Positions 59,094 to 64,000 of a stretch of DNA of 64,000 nucleotides are shown here, one piece after another. The DNA is taken from contig JAKAKE010000181.1 in assembly GCA_021824625.1 (NCBI GenBank), positions 5,209 to 69,208 on the forward strand, read 5' to 3'. Made by a program: the position numbers and the translations under genes. Every line of letters starts with the position of its first letter. The stretch's first letter is position 1. The stretch comes from Bacteroidota bacterium (GTDB lineage: Bacteria > Bacteroidota > Ignavibacteria > Kapaibacteriales > UBA2268). The notes under the pieces were generated by a model. That model was not told where the DNA came from. It saw only the letters and a list, made by a program, of their open reading frames with translations, and searched no databases.

Positions 59094-60467
59094 ATGAAAA
59101 CAGTAATTGAGCCATTTAAAATTAAGTCAGTCGAGCCGATTGCATTAACTACTCGTGAACAAAGAGAAAAACTCATTAAAAATGCTTTTTATAATACATT
59201 CTATCTGAAATCTGAAGAAATAACCATTGATTTACTTACTGATAGCGGAACAACTGCAATGAGTGCCAGGCAGTGGGGCAAAATTATGGAAGGTGACGAA
59301 TCTTATGCAGGTTCAAAGAGTTATTATAAGTTCGAGAATGTCGTTAAGGATTTTACCAATTTCAAACATATTATACCGACTCACCAGGGTAGGGCTGCAG
59401 AACGCATTCTGTTTTCAGTTCTTGGAGGAAAAGGTAAATATATTCCAAACAATACACATTTCGACACTACAAGGGGAAATATTGAGTTTGCCGGTGCAAA
59501 TGCAGTTGATTTACCGGGTGAAGATGGAACAAATCCTGAAAAAATTGGCGATTTTAAAGGCAACTTAAATATTCAGGCTCTTGAAAATTTAATCAAAAAA
59601 GTTGGTAAAGAGAATATACCGATTTGCATGCTGACTGTTACAAATAACAGCGGGGGAGGGCAACCTGTATCAATGCAAAATATTCGTGAAACAAAAAATG
59701 TCCTAAAAAAATATGGTATCCCACTATATCTTGATTGTTGCCGCTTTGCAGAAAATGCATACTTTATTAAAATGCGCGAAAAAGGATATAATAATAAATC
59801 CATAAAAGAAATAGCCAGGGAAATGTTCTCTTATGCCGATGGATGCACAATGAGTGCTAAAAAAGACGGTCTTTCAAATACTGGCGGATTTATTGGTACT
59901 AATGACGATGAAATAGCAGGTAAAGCCAAAACCCTTTTAATTATTACCGAGGGATTTATTACTTATGGCGGTTTAGCAAGACGAGACCTTGAAGCACTTG
60001 CAGTTGGATTTGAAGAAGTGTTTGATGAAAATTATCTTAAATACAGAATTGAGCAGGTGAAATATTTCGGTGATAAATTAATAGAATCAGGTGTGCCTAT
60101 ACTTGTTCCAACAGGTGGCCACGCTGTTTATCTCGATGCAAAACGATTTGCTTCTCATATTAAACCTGAATTTTTCCCCGGTCAGAGTATTACTTGTGAA
60201 ATATTCAAAGTTGGTGGTATCCGTGCAGTAGAAATCGGCTCTGTCATGTTCGGAAAAAAGGATGCAAAAGGAAAACATATTGCACCTCCTATGGAATTAG
60301 TTAGGTGTGCAGTTCCACGAAGAGTATATACTAACAGCCACATTGATTATACTGTAGAAGCTATTGCAGAAGTTTATAAAAACAGGAAGAAACTCAGAGG
60401 AATGAAATTGGTTTGGGAGCCGACATTCCTAAGGCATTTTACTGCAAAATTCGATTATATTAAGTAA
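59094..60467 (+). CDS. tnaA: Tryptophanase (beta-eliminating lyase)
   Basis: EPFKIKSVE, IDLLTDSGT, HQGRAAE, MSAKKDG (PLP Lys), TYGGLA; C-terminal LRHFTA favours TnaA over tyrosine phenol-lyase (LRFFTA). Confidence 0.9.
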   Translation: MKTVIEPFKIKSVEPIALTTREQREKLIKNAFYNTFYLKSEEITIDLLTDSGTTAMSARQWGKIMEGDESYAGSKSYYKFENVVKDFTNFKHIIPTHQGRAAERILFSVLGGKGKYIPNNTHFDTTRGNIEFAGANAVDLPGEDGTNPEKIGDFKGNLNIQALENLIKKVGKENIPICMLTVTNNSGGGQPVSMQNIRETKNVLKKYGIPLYLDCCRFAENAYFIKMREKGYNNKSIKEIAREMFSYADGCTMSAKKDGLSNTGGFIGTNDDEIAGKAKTLLIITEGFITYGGLARRDLEALAVGFEEVFDENYLKYRIEQVKYFGDKLIESGVPILVPTGGHAVYLDAKRFASHIKPEFFPGQSITCEIFKVGGIRAVEIGSVMFGKKDAKGKHIAPPMELVRCAVPRRVYTNSHIDYTVEAIAEVYKNRKKLRGMKLVWEPTFLRHFTAKFDYIK

Positions 60468-60577
60468 GAAGATTGTAAGATAAATTATTAAATCTTCTGT
60501 TTATTGTATTAATGAAAGTTTTTTTCTTGCGTCTTAGTTTTACAATTATTGAAATAATAAATTAAGTATTTTTAAAC

Positions 60578-63121
60578 ATGACATCTAGTGAAATAAGACA
60601 ATCATTTTTAGATTTTTTTAAATCGAAAGAACATCGAATCGTTCAGAGTGCTTCTGTCATTCCGCACGGAGACCCGACCTTACTTTTTACGAATGCAGGT
60701 ATGAATCAATTCAAAGATGTTTTTCTCGGCTCGGGAAAACGCGATTATTCAAGAGCTGCTGATACCCAAAAGTGCATTCGTGTAAGCGGTAAGCACAACG
60801 ACCTTGAAGAAGTTGGCTTCGATACTTATCATCACACATTCTTTGAAATGCTTGGCAACTGGAGCTTCGGTGATTACTATAAATCAGAAGCAATTGGATG
60901 GGCTTGGGAACTTCTCACAGAAGTCTGGAAACTCGATAAGAACAGGCTTTATGCCACTGTTTACAGAATTGATGATGAAGCTTTTGAAATTTGGAAAAAA
61001 TACCTACCTGAATCAAAAATACTGAGATTTGACGAAAAAGATAATTTTTGGGAAATGGGCGAGACTGGCCCCTGCGGTCCTTGCAGTGAAATTCATTATG
61101 ACCGGACACCTGATTTGTCGGGAGTAAATCTTGTAAATGCAGGAACACCTGACGTAATCGAAATCTGGAATCTTGTATTTATTCAATACAATCGCAAGCA
61201 AGGCGGTACACTCGAAGATTTGAGTGCCAAACATGTTGACACCGGAATGGGATTCGAGCGTATCTGTGCTGTTATTCAAGGAAAGTCATCCAATTATGAT
61301 ACTGATGTTTTCATGCCATTGATTAATGAAATTGAAACATTATCCGGAAGGCAATATTCGACTGAATTAAAAAATTCTGATGGTGTTGCCATGAGAGTTA
61401 TAGCCGACCATATCAGGACACTCGCATTTGCTATAGCTGATGGTGCTTTGCCGGGCAACGAAGGCAGGGGATATGTCTTACGCCGCATATTGAGAAGAGC
61501 GTCGAGATTTTCTAAAAATATCGGTTTCAAGGATGCTGTTTTGTATAAACTCGTTCCGGTATTAGTTAATATTATGAAGGATGTTTTTCCTGAATTAAAA
61601 AGTCATCAAAACATTATTGGAAGAGTAATAAAAGCCGAAGAAGAAAGTTTCCTCCAAACACTCGAACGAGGGCTTGAAATATTTGAAGATATTAAAAATA
61701 TACTTATTCAAACTAATAATAATCAAATTTCAGGTGCAGATGCTTTTCAATTATACGATACATTCGGTTTTCCGATTGACCTTACAGAGCTTCTCGCAAG
61801 AGAAAATAATATGTCTATTGATAAAGCGGGTTTCGATGCAAAATTAGAAGAGCAGAGAGAACGTTCCAGGAATGCCAGGAAATCTATAATACAGGATGTT
61901 GATATTCCGGATATCAAGGAATCATCTGTTTTTACCGGCTATGAAGAATTATCAACAGAAGCTAAGGTTTTGTACGTTAATGGCAATCAGATTGTATTTG
62001 ATAAAACACCATTTTATTCAGAAAGCGGTGGACAGATATCCGATACAGGCACTATTACTCTTGGCGGACAGGAGTATAATGTTATTGATGTCCGTAAGTA
62101 TGGGAATGCAATCGTTCATATTTGTGATACAGAAGTCGAACCTCTGATTGGTGAAATTGCTTTAGCCGAAGTTGATGTTGACAGGAGAAGAAATATAATG
62201 AGAAATCATTCTGCTACACATCTTCTTCATGAGGCACTGCGTCAAGTTCTGGGGGAACATGTTAAACAGGCAGGTTCACTCGTTGCACCTGATTACCTAC
62301 GCTTTGACATCAACCATTTTGAGAAAATCAATGATGATGACTTGAAAAAGATAGAATCAATTGTTAATGAAAAGATTTTCCGGAATATTGATGTGAGAAC
62401 TGATATACTTCCTATTGAAGAAGCAAAGAAAAATCCGCGAACAAAAATGTTCTTCGGTGATAAGTACGGAGATATAGTTCGTGTAGTCAAAATGGATGAA
62501 AGTTTTTCACAAGAGTTTTGCGGCGGTACGCACGTTAAGAATACAAGTGAAATAGGATTCTTTAAGATAATTTCAGAATCGTCTATAGCTGCCGGAGTAA
62601 GGCGAATAGAGGCGATTACGGGGAAATCATTAGAAGAATACATCAATAATACACAAGATAAAATTTCATTAAAGCAATCTGAAATTGAACAGCTTCAAGC
62701 TAAGATTAAATTACTTGAGAAGGAAATTGCGAAGAATAAAATCGGAGATATACGTTCACAAATGCAGAATTGGATTAACAATGCTAATGAAATAAATAAT
62801 ATCAGGATTGTATCTCAGCAGATTGAAACAGAAGATATTGAACAACTAAGACAAATCGGTGAAAATCTCAGGGATGAATTTGGCAATCATGGAATCGGAT
62901 TACTTGCCACAATTATAAATGATAAAGTGCAATTGGTTTGTGTTGTAACCGATGATTTGATGAAAAAATATCCGGCCGGAAAAATTGTGGGCGAAGCTGC
63001 TAAACTAATTGGCGGTGCCGGAGGCGGGAGACCACATCTTGCTACAGCAGGAGGAAAAGATATTTCAAAGTTGTCGGATTTATTGAATAATTTTCATTCT
63101 CTCATTGAGAAGATGATTTGA
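60578..63121 (+). CDS. alaS: Alanine--tRNA ligase
   Basis: LLFTNAGMNQFK, HHTFFEMLGNWSFGDY, GPCGPCSEI, HSATHLLH, EFCGGTHV, GGGRP. Confidence 0.98.
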   Translation: MTSSEIRQSFLDFFKSKEHRIVQSASVIPHGDPTLLFTNAGMNQFKDVFLGSGKRDYSRAADTQKCIRVSGKHNDLEEVGFDTYHHTFFEMLGNWSFGDYYKSEAIGWAWELLTEVWKLDKNRLYATVYRIDDEAFEIWKKYLPESKILRFDEKDNFWEMGETGPCGPCSEIHYDRTPDLSGVNLVNAGTPDVIEIWNLVFIQYNRKQGGTLEDLSAKHVDTGMGFERICAVIQGKSSNYDTDVFMPLINEIETLSGRQYSTELKNSDGVAMRVIADHIRTLAFAIADGALPGNEGRGYVLRRILRRASRFSKNIGFKDAVLYKLVPVLVNIMKDVFPELKSHQNIIGRVIKAEEESFLQTLERGLEIFEDIKNILIQTNNNQISGADAFQLYDTFGFPIDLTELLARENNMSIDKAGFDAKLEEQRERSRNARKSIIQDVDIPDIKESSVFTGYEELSTEAKVLYVNGNQIVFDKTPFYSESGGQISDTGTITLGGQEYNVIDVRKYGNAIVHICDTEVEPLIGEIALAEVDVDRRRNIMRNHSATHLLHEALRQVLGEHVKQAGSLVAPDYLRFDINHFEKINDDDLKKIESIVNEKIFRNIDVRTDILPIEEAKKNPRTKMFFGDKYGDIVRVVKMDESFSQEFCGGTHVKNTSEIGFFKIISESSIAAGVRRIEAITGKSLEEYINNTQDKISLKQSEIEQLQAKIKLLEKEIAKNKIGDIRSQMQNWINNANEINNIRIVSQQIETEDIEQLRQIGENLRDEFGNHGIGLLATIINDKVQLVCVVTDDLMKKYPAGKIVGEAAKLIGGAGGGRPHLATAGGKDISKLSDLLNNFHSLIEKMI

Positions 63122-63166
63122 CACTTTCGGAAGTTACTCCCGTTAAAAAAAATATTTATTTTACAC

Positions 63167-63206
63167 ATAACTCATTATAAATTAATGAGTTATTTTTTTT
63201 TTTTTT
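63167..63206 (+). terminator. AT-rich terminator-like hairpin after alaS
   Basis: ataactcatta-taaat-taatgagttat plus a long T run. Confidence 0.65.
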
Positions 63207-63527
63207 CTATCTTTTTGAAAAAAAATAAATTTGCTTTTTAAATATTTGTTTATTAAATTTGGTTTGTGTTCCTTAAATATAATAATCGTATGGATAATAT
63301 CCATATTAATATAAATAACCGAGAAACTTGAGCCCTTCTGGTTTTTCAGGTTCATATCTAAAATAAATTAACATAAATAGCAAAGGGATTTTTGTTAATA
63401 ACAGAAAGGATACATTTAAAAATTACTATTCGAAATAACTAACCGAATAACAATCATGGAGGATTATGCAGGAAAATAATTCAATTGATTAATTATTATG
63501 CAAATGTTATTTGCATAAAAGAGGCAT

Positions 63528-63624
63528 AATACAAAGAGCCAGCTGGATTGCTCTCAACTGGCTCCCAGCTATTGAGCTGTAATCCACATAATTGAGCTTT
63601 GCAACCTTTGTTTATGTGGACACG
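63528..63624 (-). ncRNA. Candidate ~95-nt structured small RNA
   Basis: Three consecutive hairpins, the last terminator-like with a G-U pair only on the minus strand; TATTTTTG element at 63629-63636. Confidence 0.45.
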
Positions 63625-63675
63625 AGAGCAAAAATAAGGAATTATTTTGTTCAAAAATAAAGAAAGGGATCAGAA

Positions 63676-64000
63676 ATGAAAAAAATATTTAACATTTTAT
63701 TCATGCTAATACTAGTGTGTCTTTTGCAAATAACGGTTTTTGCGGATGAATTTCCAACTGACCCACCACCCTGTCCTGGGGAAGGATGTGATCCAGATGA
63801 GTGGGTAATGAAGGATATTTCTTATTCAAATTTCATTGAGTGTGAAGGTTGTACAATTGTTGTATGGGTTAAAATAAATCGTCAATGTAATGAAATGTAC
63901 TTACAGTATTATCAGATTGCTTCTATAGAGTGTGTAGAATGTCTAAACGATGCTTCCTGGACTTGGGAGGATATAAATAGACTAATTAACATTAGATTGT
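63676..64000 (+). CDS. Cys-rich secreted hypothetical protein (runs off the window)
   Basis: MKKIFNILFMLILVCLLQITVFA-DEFPTDPPPCPGEGCDPDEW...; purine-rich RBS; open to the window end. Confidence 0.8.
   Translation, partial: MKKIFNILFMLILVCLLQITVFADEFPTDPPPCPGEGCDPDEWVMKDISYSNFIECEGCTIVVWVKINRQCNEMYLQYYQIASIECVECLNDASWTWEDINRLINIRL

Noticed and set aside
59094..60467. Tyrosine phenol-lyase assignment, and a tnaC-like leader peptide
   Set aside because: C-terminal LRHFTA favours tryptophanase; no Trp-containing leader ORF is evident upstream.
63467..63493. Mini-ORF MQENNSID after a ggagg RBS
   Set aside because: Eight codons with no leader-peptide signature; cannot be supported.

Overview
Low-GC bacterial chromosomal window, most likely from the FCB group (Ignavibacteria / Ca. 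Kapabacteria-like). This is an inference from T9SS C-terminal sorting domains, the porX-tsaE pair, TAnnTTTG promoters before both tRNAs and the efp-accB-accC-gcvH cluster. Housekeeping content: hppA, ruvB, tsaE, porX, pdxH, gcvH, accBC, efp, tnaA, alaS, tRNA-Pro(CGG), tRNA-Cys(GCA), alpha-2-macroglobulin/pbpC and two T9SS cargo proteins. Main points of interest: (1) a GxxExxY PD-(D/E)XK nuclease gene bounded by 40-bp inverted repeats with 9-bp periodicity, with a 93-bp tandem duplication and solo repeat copies elsewhere, which looks like an uncharacterised transposase-free mobile element; (2) a 10-kb divergent module next to tRNA-Pro with two PEP-synthase-like His-phosphotransfer proteins lacking the pyruvate domain, a TauE transporter, a small membrane partner, a Cache/PAS kinase and an output-less regulator; (3) a mosaic of many REP-like repeat families, one copy apparently inserted in-frame in a protein; (4) a clean half-ClpB; (5) a membrane-anchored STAND-like NTPase; (6) EF-P with Asn at the loop tip; (7) a candidate sRNA, a 34-aa basic micro-protein and a triple-frameshift pseudogene. 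All calls come from reading motifs by eye; no database search was run.
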